Assembly: GCA_964016885.1 (NCBI GenBank)
Contig: OZ024740.1
Location: 429,288,001-429,352,000 of the forward strand
Source of the DNA: Eledone cirrhosa
Taxonomy: Eukaryota
Direction: 5' to 3'
Length of the DNA: 64,000 nt
The position numbers and the translations under genes were made by a program. Shown in pieces: positions 1-11,930 of this stretch. The notes under the pieces were generated by a model, which worked only from the letters and a program-made list of their open reading frames with translations, ran no database searches and was not told the DNA's origin. Within the stretch, counting starts at the first letter, position 1. Each line of letters starts with the position of its first letter.

Positions 1-2039
1 ACAATTGCTCAAAGATCTGTTGGACATTACTGGAGAAGTAAGCAGGAAGTTATACACATGGTACTATTGCGGAAACCAACTGAAGGGAGACACAATAGAG
101 GAAGTTATACACAAGGTACTATTGTGGGAACCAACTCAAGGGAGACACAGTAGAGGAAGTTATACACAAGGTACTATTGTGGGAACCAACTCAGGGGAGA
201 TACAGTAGAGTAAGTTATACACAAAGTACTATTGTGGGAACCAACTCAGGGGAGATACAGTAGAATAAATTATACACAAGGTACTATTGTGGGAACCAAC
301 TCACGGGAGACACAGTAGAGGGAGTTATACACAAGGTACTATTGTGGGAACCAACTCAAGGGAGACACAGTAGAGGAAGTTATACACAAGGTACTATTGT
401 GGGAACCAACTCAAGGGAGACATAGTAAAGGGTGTTATACACAAGGTACTATTGTGGGAACCAACTTAAAGGGGGAGACACAGTAGAGGGAGTTATACAC
501 AAGGTACTATTGTGGGAACCAACTCAAGGGAGACAGGTAGATGGAGTTATACACAAGGTTCTATTGTGGGAACCAACTCAAGGGAGACACATTAGGGGAA
601 GTTATACACAAGGCACTATTGTGGGAACCAACACAAGGGAGACATAGTAGGGGAAGTTATACACAAGGTACTATTGTGGGAACCAACTGAAGGGGGAGAC
701 ACAGTAGAGGGAGTTATACACAAGGTTCTATTGTGGGAACCAACTCAAGGGAGACACAGTAGGGCAAGTTATACACAAGGTACTATTGTGGGAACCAACT
801 CAAGGGAGACACAGTAGGGGAAGTTATACACAAGGTACTATTGTGGGAACCAACTCAAGGGAGACACAGTAGGGGAAGTTATACACAAGGCACTATTGTG
901 GGAACCAACTCAAGGGAGACACAGTAGGGGAAGTTATACACAAGGTACTATTGTGGGAACGAACTCAAGGGAGACACAGTAGGGGAAGTTATACAGAAGG
1001 TACTATTGTGGGAACCAACTCAAGGGAGACACAGTAGGGGAAGTTATACACAAGGTACTATTGTGGGAACCAACTCAAGGGAGACACAGTAGAGGAAGTT
1101 ATACACAAGGTACTATTGTGGGAACCAACTCAAGGGAGACACAGTAGGGTAAGTTATACACAAGGTACTATTGTGGGAACCAACTCAAGGGAGACACAGT
1201 AGGGGAAGTTATACACAAGGTACTATTGTGGGAACCAACTCAAGGGAGACACAGTAGAGGAAGTTATACACAAGGTACTATTGTGGGAACCAACTCAAGG
1301 GAGACACAGTAGGGTAAGTTATACACAAGGTACTATTGTGGGAACCAACTCAAGGGAGACACAGTAGGGGAAGTTATACACAAGGTACTATTGTGGGAAC
1401 CAACTCAAGGGAGACACAGTAGAGGAAGTTATACACAAGGTACTATTGTGGGAACCAACTCAAGGGAGACACAGTAGGGGAAGTTATACACAAGGTACTA
1501 TTGTGGGAACCAACTCAAGGGAGACACAGTAGAGTAAGTTATACACAAGGTACTATTGTGGGAACCAACTCAAGGGAGACACAGTAGAGGAAGATATACA
1601 CAAGGTACTATTGTGGGAACCAACTCAAGGGACAACACAGTAGGGGAAGTTATACACAAGTTACTATTGTGGGAACCAACTCAAGGGAGACACAGTAGGG
1701 GAAGTTATACACAAGGTACTATTGTGGGAACCAACTCAAGGGAGACACAGTAGGGGAAGTTATACACAAGGTACTATTGTGGGAACCAACTCAAGGGAGA
1801 CACGGTAGATGGAGTTATACACAAGCTACTATTGTGGGAACCAACTCAAGGGAGACACAGTAGGGGAAGTTATGCACAAGGCACTATTGTGGGAACCAAC
1901 TCAAGGGAGACACAGTAGGGGAAGACCTGCTCTAACCTTCATTAATCAACTCTCAGATGATACGAACCTCAGTAAGGGACAGTTACCTGGAGGAATGGTA
2001 AATCGTGGATTGAGGAGAGACTCTGTGAGAAATGTTTGA
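1..2039 (+). mobile_element. RTE-like LINE ORF2 C-terminal remnant, interrupted by a minisatellite expanded from its own sequence
   Basis: Frame 1 from position 1 reads QRSVGHYWRSKQEVIHMVLLRKPTEGRHNRG. After the array it continues VMHKALLWEPTQGRHSRGRPALTFINQLSDDTNL..MVNRGLRR. This resembles the RTE-clade C-terminal motif (RFAGHCWR..LLWEP..GxRxRGRP..TYIDQL..D). Confidence 0.8.
46..1924 (+). repeat. 55-bp minisatellite, ~34 copies (GAAGTTATACACAAGGTACTATTGTGGGAACCAACTCAAGGGAGACACAGTAGGG)
   Basis: Period of 55 read directly (GAAGTT at 101 and 156). There are no unique spacers. Confidence 0.97.
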
Positions 2040-2338
2040 CTGTGGTTACAATGGTGATGTACATGAGAACTATTTATCATTGGAACAACTCATCATGTTG
2101 TTTTCTGAACTTTTAGGTTCACTTAAGTTTATGTGAAACTTAGCACCAGAAAAATAAAACCATTTCTTTCTATTTATGTGACACATTAGTTTCGATTTGT
2201 CACATGAAATTCTGTTCCGTACTTTCCGTTGATGAAAATAATCTTTACACGCGTGTTTTCTTTATAAATAATCATGTCCATATCTGTAAAACATGAATTT
2301 ATATATTGATAAAAATATAAGTAAGTATACTTATTTGA

Positions 2339-2413
<75 letters not shown>

Positions 2414-2813
2414 AATATATATATATATGCAAAAGTTCTATTTAAATTGTTGGGATACAACAAGCAAATATTTTTATAACTGATATAAAGCACTCGACAA
2501 GTATTTGGAGTAAATATACGATATTAACAAATGGAAACTATATTTATAAAACCATATCTATTTTATTATACATATTTCAAGGATACCATGTTAAATTATG
2601 GTATGCTTTCATCATACAAAATACAATATATACCAGTTTTATAAATAAATATTGACATACCCTTTCAAAATGCAACCGTTACTTTTGGAAGACATCAGGG
2701 ATAGTGGATTTGTTTATCTTAGTAAGTCGTTGTGTTAAGGAGAAGGAAAAAGACGGAGAGAGAGAAAAGCCGAGAGAGAGAAAAGTAGAGAAAGAAAGGG
2801 CGAGATAAAGAAA

Positions 2814-2946
2814 GAAAAAGAAAAAAGAAAAAAGAAAAAAGAAAAAAGAAAAAAGAAAAAAGAAAAAAGAAAAAAGAAAAAAGAAAAAAGAAAAAAGAAA
2901 AAAGAAAAAAGAAAAAAGAAAAAAGAAAAAAAGAAAAAAGAGAAAA
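2814..2946. repeat. (GAAAAAA)n 7-bp repeat
   Basis: Seen directly in the sequence. Confidence 0.95.
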
Positions 2947-3852
2947 ACAAGAGAGAGATATCAAAACACCAGACAGAGAGAAAAAATCAAGAGAGAGAAA
3001 TATAGAGATAGAGAGAGGGGATAGAACGAAAACCTTAAGTCATGTCATATTAAGTTAAGTTAACAATTGAGATGAAATGAATAAATAAAATTAGAAATAT
3101 TAATATTCATGAATGGAATATACATATATAATATGATAAATTAATCATTGTTTAACTATGATTAGATATTTAGTTTAAAAATTGAGATCAATATATTAAA
3201 AATTGGAATTTAAACATTACGAAATATATATATTGCTAGAGAAATTACCTATCATATAACACGTACACACGCAAAAATACACATAAATATATATATATAC
3301 ACACTCAGAAAATACACATTATATCTACTCCCGTATATAATATATACATACAAAGCATGAATGATTTTTTTTTTATTAATGTTATACATCCCTTGTGTTA
3401 TTAAATAAAAAATGTTAATATATATATATAAATATATAGGATTAGCTTTCATGCATTTATGGCTGTTAAATTATGCCTATCTGCAATGAAATTGTATGGG
3501 TACACATGTACATGTACACACATAATTCTTACATATACATATATAAACATGTGTGTGCATCCTCATCCAATTGGTAGACACGCGTCACTCATGCATATAT
3601 ACAGACAGACATATATTCATAAAAATGCATATAACACATGTATATGTATGTTAATACACATATATACATACATACTCGTATAGAGATAAGTATACATCAA
3701 TATATTACATAGTATAATTGAGTACATAAAATACAAAAGGATTATATTTTGGAAATATAATTATATCAATATAACTTAAAAACAATATATATATATAGTT
3801 TAGGGATTGTAACATCCAGTTACTGTTCACCAAAGTGAGCACTTTGTATGTA

Positions 3853-3916
<64 letters not shown>

Positions 3917-3920
<4 letters not shown>

Positions 3921-4082
3921 CATGCAGTACAAGTCAACAACTTAGAATTTACTTACACAATCGCTGTTATATATATTTCAGTGATAGCTTTTATCACCGA
4001 AATATATATAAATATATATATAACAACGATTAGGAATAAATGAAGTAAATTCTAACCTGTTGACTTGTACTTCATGATTATA
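3917..4082. repeat. Imperfect fold-back inverted repeat embedded in (TA)n
   Basis: TAATCATGCAGTACAAGTCAACAACTTAGAATTTACTT is mirrored by AAGTAAATTCTAACCTGTTGACTTGTACTTCATGATTA. There are inner arms ATCGCTGTTATA../..TATAACAACGAT. Confidence 0.85.
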
Positions 4083-4183
4083 TATATACTCCGGAGTAAA
4101 CAGACTCACTTGTGTACTTTGTGGAGTGCTTTATCCTGCATACTATAGTGTTGGTGATAAACTGACACATACTCTACTAAATA

Positions 4184-4225
<42 letters not shown>

Positions 4226-4334
4226 TATGATATCCCTGAAATATATATAATGAAATAAATATGGTTTTATAAATATAGTTTCCATTTATTTAATATCGTT
4301 ATTTAATATCGTATATATATATATATATATATAT

Positions 4335-5410
4335 TAGGGTAGCCCTTAGCAATAGGTACTTTTCCGAAAGTTAACATTTTGCTGCTCCCACCCTCTAATT
4401 TTGTTTCAATCAAAAAAAAAACACGGTGTGTGGAAAATCTCAGCTCAATGGACAACTGTTGGGCGACCCTCAAACGCCTTGAAGTTGGAACATAGTATAC
4501 GCAACGATTAATTCTGTTCAAAAGTGGTATACTGTTACCTATCTCGACCATTTTCTTTTTTCTTCTTAGAGAAATTTATGTGGACACATCCGAGTAACCC
4601 CTGCAGATGTCCAAAAATATTCTGAATCAAATTTACCAATAGTTAATTTGAAAAATTACTGAAATAACATGAAAAATTTAAGAAATATTAGGTTTTCTTA
4701 ATAAAGCACACAACTTCTATAAGAGAAACGCATTTTTATTTACAACAATAATTTCTATAGAAACAATGTCTTTCAAGGACATAATGTGAACACTGAACAC
4801 TGAATATTGAACATGATTTTTGCATGGTGGATTGGCAGTATCGGTAGAGAGTCGGACACCATGATTTGAAGCATAGAGTTACGTCCCTTTATGATCTGAG
4901 TTCAAATCCCGCCGCGGTTAACTTTGCGTTTCATCCTTACGGGGTCGATAAAATAAAGTACCAGTAATGTACTGGGTAATTTGCTGGCTTTGTGCCAAAA
5001 GTAGAAAGAATTATTTTTGCATAAGAGAGAATTTAGTGACAGTTGGGTGTGTTTTACGGTTTTCAGTAAAACAAATTGTTTCTCAGTTTCATATTTTGTG
5101 AGAATGTTATTGTAATCCTGAGTGAGTTTGACACCTCTTTCTACTACATCACTCACAACAACTGTCTTCTCAAGTTTTTCAACTCCACTTTTGTAACCAG
5201 GATCATCCTTCCATGTTGAGGGGCCTTTGTCGAAGAAATCGGTGTTGATAGAAAATCATGTGAAGAAAGTTTTTGTACCAGGAGTTTCAAAAGACGAAAA
5301 CTCGATGTTTGTAGAGGAATGCAAGTCAATTTGGTGCAGAATGTTAATTTTCTTCCTTTTCTTCACCTTTGTCTGCTTCCAGCATAACTCGAACAATATT
5401 TGCCTTAACC
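4335..5410 (-). mobile_element. hAT-like (hATm-type) DNA transposon remnant: terminus plus transposase C-terminal pseudogene
   Basis: Terminus TAGGGTAGCCCTTA at 4335 matches the TIR of the 9263-9580 element. Minus strand ~5410-5030 reads TKTFFT*FSINTDFFDKGPSTWKDDPGYKSGVEKLEKTVVVSDVVERGVKLTQDYNNILTKYETEKQFVL, similar to the recalled motif 'VVND.AERGVKL.QDYN.ILTK.EEQKQFLL' of hATm-like transposases. Confidence 0.65.
4833..5015 (+). mobile_element. tRNA-derived SINE family A (Nin/Deu-like central domain), copy 1
   Basis: B-box-like GAGTTCAAATC, then TTTGCxTTTCATCCTTACGGGGTCGATAAAATAAAGTACCAG, ending AAGTAGAAA(C/G)AATTATT. Seven copies occur in the window. Confidence 0.85.
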
Positions 5411-8400
5411 TCTCCTTGCTCTCCTTTTTTCATTGCTCTCCCTTATCCTTGATCTCCTTACTCTCCTTTTCTCATTGCTCTCCTAGCTCTCGTTTTGTTA
5501 TTACTCTCCTTACTCTCCTTTTCTCATTGCTCGACTTCCTCTCCTTTCCCATTGCTCTCCTTGCTCTCCTTTTCTCATTGCTCGCCTTCCTCTCCTTTTC
5601 CCATTGCTCTCCTTGCTCTCCTTATCTCATTGCTCTCATTGCTCTCCTTTTCTCATTGCTCTCATTGCTCTCCTTTTCTCACTGCTCTCCTTCCTCTCCA
5701 TCCTTTCATTTTCTCATTGTTTTACTTGCTCTCCTTTTCTCATTGCCCACCTTGCTGTCTTTTTCTCCCTGTTCTCCTTGTTCTCCTTTTCTCTTTGCTC
5801 TCCCTGCTCTCCTTTTCTCATTATTCTACTTTTCTCCTTGCTTTCCTTGCTCTCCTTTTCTCATTGCTCTTCTTGTTTTCCTTTGTCATTGTTTTCCTTG
5901 CTCTCCTTGTTCTTCTTGATTGCATTCCTTTTATCCTTGCTCTTCTTTTATCATTGCTCTATTTGCTCTTCTTTTCTTATTGCTTTCTCTGCTCTCCTTT
6001 ATCCCTGCTCTCTTTATCTCATTGCTCTCCTTGCTCTCCTTTTCTCATTGCTCTCTTTGGTCTCCTTTTCTCATTGCTCTTCTTCTATCATTGCTCTACT
6101 TGCTCTTCTTTTCTTATTGTTCTCTCTGCTCTTCTTTTCTCATTGCTCTCCTTGCTTTCCTTGCTCTCCTTTTATCCTTGCTCTCCTTTTATCCTTGCTC
6201 TCCTTTTCTCATTGTTCTCCTTGCTTTCCATTTCTCCTTCCTCGCTTTGCTCTCTTTTTCTCCTTGCTCTCCTTTTCTCCTTACACTCCTTGTTCTCCTT
6301 TTCTCATTGCTCTCCTTCTTCTCCTTTTCTCCTTGCTCTCCTTTTCTCATTGCTTTCCTTACTCTCCTTTTCTCATTGCTCTTCTTGTTCTCCTTTCTCA
6401 TTGCTTTCCTTGCTCTCCTTGCTCTCCATTTCTCCTTGCTCTCCTTGTTCTTCTTGCTCTCCTTTTATCCTTGCTCTCCTTGCTCTTCTTTTATTATTGT
6501 TATACTTGCTCTTCTTTTCTTATTGCTCTCTCTGCTCTCCTTTTATCCTTGCTTTCCTTGCTCTCCTTTTTACATTGCTCTCCTTGCTTTCCATTTCTAC
6601 TTCGTCTCCTTGCTCTCCTTTTCTCATTGCTCTCTTTGCTCTCATTGCTCTCTTTTTCTCCTTGCTCTCCTTTTCTCCTTACACTCCTTGTTCTCTTTTT
6701 CTCATTGCTCTCCTTGTTCTCCTTTTCTCCTTGCTCTCCTTTTCTCATTGCTTTTCTTGCTCTCCTTTTCTCATTGCTCTTCTTGTTCTCCTTTCTCATT
6801 GCTTTCCTTGCTCTCCTTGCTCTCCTTGCTCTCCCTTTCTCCTTGCGCTCCTTGTTCTTCTTGCTCTCCTTTTATCCTTGCTCTCCTTGCTATTCTTTTA
6901 TTATTGTTCTATTTGCTCTTCTTTTCTTATTGCTCTCTCTGCTCTCCTTTTATCCTTGCTTTCCTTGCTCTCCTTTTTACATTGTTCTCCTTGTTTTCCA
7001 TTTCTCCTTCATCTCCTTGCTCTCCATTTCTAATTGCTCTCTTTGCTCTCATTGCTTTCTTTTTCTCCTTCCTCTCCTTTTCTCCTTCCTCTCCTTGCTA
7101 TCCTTTTCTCCTTGCTCTCCTTGCTCTCCTTTTCTCATTGTTCTACTTTCTCTCCTTTTCTCCTTGCTCTCCTTGTTCTCTTTTTCTCATTGCTCTCCCT
7201 GTTCTCCTTGCTCTCCTTTTCTCATTGTTCTACTTGCTCTCCTTTTTCCTTGCTTTCCTTGCTCTCCTTTTCTCCTTGCTCTCCTTGCTCTCCTTGCTCT
7301 CCTTGCTCTCCTTTTCTCATTGCTCGCCTTCCTCTCCTTTTCCCATTGCTCTCCTTGCTCTCCTTATCTCATTGCTCTCATTGCTCTCCTTTTCTCATTG
7401 CTCTCATTGCTCTCCTTTTCTCACTGCTCTCCTTCCTCTCCATCCTTTCATTTTCTCATTGTTTTACTTGCTCTCCTTTTCTCATTGCCCACCTTGCTGT
7501 CTTTTTCTCCCTGTTCTCCTTGTTCTCCTTTTCTCTTTGCTCTCCCTGCTCTCCTTTTCTCATTATTCTACTTTTCTCCTTGCTTTCCTTGCTCTCCTTT
7601 TCTCATTGCTCTTCTTGTTTTCCTTTGTCATTGTTTTCCTTGCTCTCCTTGTTCTTCTTGATTGCATTCCTTTTATCCTTGCTCTTCTTTTATCATTGCT
7701 CTATTTGCTCTTCTTTTCTTATTGCTTTCTCTGCTCTCCTTTATCCCTGCTCTCTTTATCTCATTGCTCTCCTTGCTCTCCTTTTCTCATTGCTCTCTTT
7801 GGTCTCCTTTTCTCATTGCTCTTCTTCTATCATTGCTCTACTTGCTCTTCTTTTCTTATTGTTCTCTCTGCTCTTCTTTTCTCATTGCTCTCCTTGCTTT
7901 CCTTGCTCTCCTTTTATCCTTGCTCTCCTTTTATCCTTGCTCTCCTTTTCTCATTGTTCTCCTTGCTTTCCATTTCTCCTTCCTCGCTTTGCTCTCTTTT
8001 TCTCCTTGCTCTCCTTTTCTCCTTACACTCCTTGTTCTCCTTTTCTCATTGCTCTCCTTCTTCTCCTTTTCTCCTTGCTCTCCTTTTCTCATTGCTTTCC
8101 TTACTCTCCTTTTCTCATTGCTCTTCTTGTTCTCCTTTCTCATTGCTTTCCTTGCTCTCCTTGCTCTCCATTTCTCCTTGCTCTCCTTGTTCTTCTTGCT
8201 CTCCTTTTATCCTTGCTCTCCTTGCTCTTCTTTTATTATTGTTATACTTGCTCTTCTTTTCTTATTGCTCTCTCTGCTCTCCTTTTATCCTTGCTTTCCT
8301 TGCTCTCCTTTTTACATTGCTCTCCTTGCTTTCCATTTCTACTTCGTCTCCTTGCTCTCCTTTTCTCATTGCTCTCTTTGCTCTCATTGCTCTCTTTATC

Positions 8401-9110
8401 TCCTTGCTCTCCTTTTCTCCTTACACTCCATGTTCTCTTTTTCTCATTGCTCTCCTTGTTCTCCTTTTCTCCTTGCTCTCCTTTTCTCATTGCTTTTCTT
8501 GCTCTCCTTTTCTCATTGCTCTTCTTGTTCTCCTTTCTCATTGCTTTCCTTGCTCTCCTTGCTCTCCTTGCTCTCCCTTTCTCCTTGCGCTCCTTGTTCT
8601 TCTTGCTCTCCTTTTATCCTTGCTCTCCTTGCTATTCTTTATTATTGTTCTATTTGCTCTTCTTTTCTTATTGCTCTCTCTGCTCTCCTTTTATCCTTGC
8701 TTTCCTTGCTCTCCTTTTTACATTGTTCTCCTTGTTTTCCATTTCTCCTTCATCTCCTTGCTCTCCATTTCTAATTGCTCTCTTTGCTCTCATTGCTTTC
8801 TTTTTCTCCTTCCTCTCCTTTTCTCCTTCCTCTCCTTGCTATCCTTTTCTCCTTGCTCTCCTTGCTCTCCTTTTCTCATTGTTCTACTTTCTCTCCTTTT
8901 CTCCTTGCTCTCCTTGTTCTCTTTTTCTCATTGCTCTCCCTGTTCTCCTTGCTCTCCTTTTCTCATTGTTCTACTTGCTCTCCTTTTTCCTTGCTTTCCT
9001 TGCTCTCCTTTTCTCCTTGCTCTCCTTGCTCTCCTTGCTCTCCTTTTATCCTTGCTCTCCTTTTCTCATTGCTCTCCCTGCTCTCCTTTTCTCATTGCTC
9101 TTTTATCCTT
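5410..9110. repeat. Pyrimidine-rich low-complexity array (TTGCTCTCC / TTTTCTCA modules) containing a 1742-bp near-perfect tandem duplication
   Basis: Identical ORF translations are offset by 1742 (6189/7931, 6500/8242, 5920/7662). Confidence 0.92.
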
Positions 9111-9262
9111 GTATCTATGTACTTGTTTATATACACATAGAATAAGAAAGGGGGAGCAATGAGAAATATGTAAGAAGGATAAGGAGAATATATATATATA
9201 TATTACACAATACCGAGTAATCATTTCTCTCAGCTGTCAACCACATACGGATATATGTATAT

Positions 9263-9580
9263 TAGGGTGGCCCTTAGCAATAGCTATTTTTCTGAAAATT
9301 AAAATTTTGCTGCTCCTTAAACGAAATATAGGTATTTGCCCTATACCTGCGCTCTGTCCCCAGCTTTGCAAGATGTCTTCCCCATTATATTTATTGTCAC
9401 CTATCCTTCTAATACCAAGAATTAAACACTTTTTATCGGAAAAAATGACTTTCCGGGCGAAAATTTCAAAATTTCACGGTCGATGAGGGTCGCTTTTGCA
9501 TAGATTGGTTTCTTGTTAGTTGGAACAAGATAGGGGTGGGAGCTAAACTTTTAGAACATTGAAAAATAAGGGCCACCCTA
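9263..9580. mobile_element. Non-autonomous DNA transposon (MITE) with 14-bp TIR TAGGGTGGCCCTTA
   Basis: TAGGGTGGCCCTTA at 9263 and TAAGGGCCACCCTA ending at 9580. The left subterminal sequence is shared with 4335-4390. No clear 8-bp TSD. Confidence 0.75.
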
Positions 9581-9952
9581 TTAAAAATTTATATATGTAT
9601 GTATATATATATATACACAGTTGGGTGCGGATGCATTCATGTATATATGTGTGTGTCCGCATGTATCTGTGTGTTTCTAAATATATTGTTAATAACTCCC
9701 TCTGGTCGAGCAATCTTTGAAGTGTGGGGACAACTGGAAAGCTTCCATTACTCATACTTCTAGCCTTCTTCACCACCTCTTCTGCGGCCTCGATATGAAT
9801 ACCCCCTCCGCCTCCGTGGTATTTTCTTCGTGGTTATAAGAGGCTTAGCTCTGTTTCTCGACCGTTATATCGCGTGACTATCTCCCCCTCCGCCTTTTGG
9901 GATTCTTTCTCACGTCGTGTAGACGCGTTCTTGAGACTAGTAAAATGAGGTA

Positions 9953-10042
9953 TCCTCTTGATAAGTCGGCAGACCTCGCAGGGACTCTATGTCTTTATGA
10001 TATATTGTTTTTGTTTATGCCACGAAACTACGTAGTCGAGGA
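9953..10042 (+). ncRNA. Type I hammerhead ribozyme, U3-A8 core variant
   Basis: Stem I UCCUC/GAGGA; core UUGAUAA; long stem II closed by GUcGGCA/UGCCAC; GAAA; palindromic stem III ACUACGUAGU. Predicted GUC cleavage after 10037. Confidence 0.75.
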
Positions 10043-10547
10043 ATTTAGGAGCAGTTTAGGTATGATACATTTTATTACTAATTATATCTAAATGTTTCTT
10101 CTCTCTTCATAATGTATTTTTAACTCTGATACTGGTTCAGTCTAGTTCAACTGAATTGGTCTGTCCCGGTCATTCATTGAGCAACATCGGTGAAGTTGGC
10201 ACCCTTAACTCACAGTTGGGTGCGGATGCATTCATGTATATATGTGTGTGTCCGCATGTATCTGTGTGTTTCTAAATATATTGTTAATAACTCCCTCTGG
10301 TCGAGCAATCTTTGAAGTGTGGGGACAACTGGAAAGCTTCCATTACTCATACTTCTAGCCTTCTTCACCACCTCTTCTGCGGCCTCGATATGAATACCCC
10401 CTCCGCCTCCGTGGTATTTTCTTCGTGGTTATAAGAGGCTTAGCTCTGTTTCTCGACCGTTATATCGCGTGACTATCTCCCCCTCCGCCTTTTGGGATTC
10501 TTTCTCACGTCGTGTAGACGCGTTCTTGAGACTAGTAAAATGAGGTA

Positions 10548-10637
10548 TCCTCTTGATAAGTCGGCAGACCTCGCAGGGACTCTATGTCTTTATGATATAT
10601 TGTTTTTGTTTATGCCACGAAACTACGTAGTCGAGGA
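10548..10637 (+). ncRNA. Type I hammerhead ribozyme, U3-A8 core variant (second tandem copy)
   Basis: Same sequence as 9953-10042. Predicted cleavage after 10632. Confidence 0.75.
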
Positions 10638-10866
10638 ATTTAGGAGCAGTTTAGGTATGATACATTTTATTACTAATTATATCTAAATGTTTCTTCTCTC
10701 TTCATAATGTATATATATATATATATATATATGTAGATAAATCTACCAAAAGTTTACGGTAGTGTCCAATCCGTATGAAGAACTCAATGTAATCCGGATA
10801 TCATGGAAAGAAGAGATGCATTCAAAAATCACTTTCGGTGAAAGATAAACGGAATACAGAGTCAAG

Positions 10867-11270
10867 ATAAAATATTAAAAAAATAATGAATAAAACAATG
10901 AAACAGTTCCTTATATTAAACAAAAAAAGTTCATTATTTAACGATCGTTTCTAGGACATATATGTGTTAGAATTGGCATGCATATTCAAAAGATCTATGT
11001 ACAAAATTATACAAACTATCAAAGAGAATATACATACCATCACATATATATGCTGTCTTCAGAAATAATTATTTCTGAAGACAGCATATATATGTGATGG
11101 TATGTATATTCTCTTTGATAGTTTGTATAATTTTGTACATAGATCTTTTGAATATGCATGCCAATTCTAACACATATATGTCCTAGAAACGATCGTTAAA
11201 TAATGAACTTTTTTTGTTTAATATAAGGAACTGTTTCATTGTTTTATTCATTATTTTTTAAATATTTTAT
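10867..11270. repeat. Spacer-less near-perfect palindrome with 202-bp arms, axis at 11068/11069
   Basis: Centre ...TCTTCAGAAATAA|TTATTTCTGAAGA...; the arms mirror out to 10867 and 11270 with one visible mismatch. Confidence 0.95.
11068..11204 (+). ncRNA. Hammerhead-like motif with long stem II (mirror copy on the minus strand at 10933-11069)
   Basis: Stem I AUUAUUU/AAAUAAU; CUGAAGA; ~100-nt stem II region with an unpaired base; GAAA-CGAUCG-UU. Confidence 0.55.
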
Positions 11271-11570
11271 ATATATATGTATATATATGCATGCACTATA
11301 TATATATATAGTGTTAGAAGGTAAGGCGACACATACAAGAGATGGACATTCCCCCTTCGTCAGCTGTTAACTACAGATCACGGATATTTCGGCGCATTAT
11401 AAACAGTACATCTATCCATAGCGCGCCCATAGCCTTTTGTTAATCAAAACTCCACGAGGGAAAGAATTGATAGCGAAGAGAGAGAGAAAGAAAATAGAGA
11501 AGAAAAAAAGGAAAAAAAGAAATGAACATACCGATAGAAGGGGGAACACAAGACAATGGCACATGTGAGT

Positions 11571-11693
<123 letters not shown>

Positions 11694-11778
11694 AAAAATT
11701 GAACGGGAACAAAACAGAAAGGCTGTACGAACAAAGGTTTATTAGTTTCCCGCTCTTGAGAGTGGGTGGTGGTGGGGA

Positions 11779-11810
11779 ACGACGTTTCGGGCATAAGCCC
11801 TTCTTCAGGT
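11779..11810 (-). ncRNA. Minimal PLE-type hammerhead
   Basis: Minus strand reads AC-CUGAAGA-AGGGCUUAUGCCC-GAAA-CG-UC-GU. Stem I is only 2 bp. It lies downstream of a PLE RT fragment. Confidence 0.6.
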
Positions 11811-11930
11811 GAAAAGTGTGTGGGAAGAGAGTTCCAAGGGTGTGTAGGGGAGTGGTGGAGAGGCATATAGAAAAAAGGGGGTGAAAGGAAACGGTACAAA
11901 TGAAATTAAATATAAAAACATGATAAAAAT

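Larger units (their letters stand above)
9616..10712 (+). repeat. Two identical-looking ~502-bp direct repeats (9616-10117, 10211-10712; period 595), each with a hammerhead; PLE pLTR- or retrozyme-like
   Basis: The sequence repeats at offset 595 (ORFs 9897/10492 are identical). It is flanked by (TA)n on both sides. Confidence 0.93.

Noticed and set aside
46-1924. CRISPR-like array
   Set aside because: The repeats are contiguous with no unique spacers, there are no cas genes, and the context is eukaryotic.
5227-9162. Long Leu/Ser/Phe/Cys-rich ORFs (up to 1080 aa)
   Set aside because: Open in all three + frames because the pyrimidine repeat lacks stop codons. No domain content.
11311-11370. 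Minus-strand CUGACGA core
   Set aside because: No downstream GAAA or stem III before the (TA)n tract.
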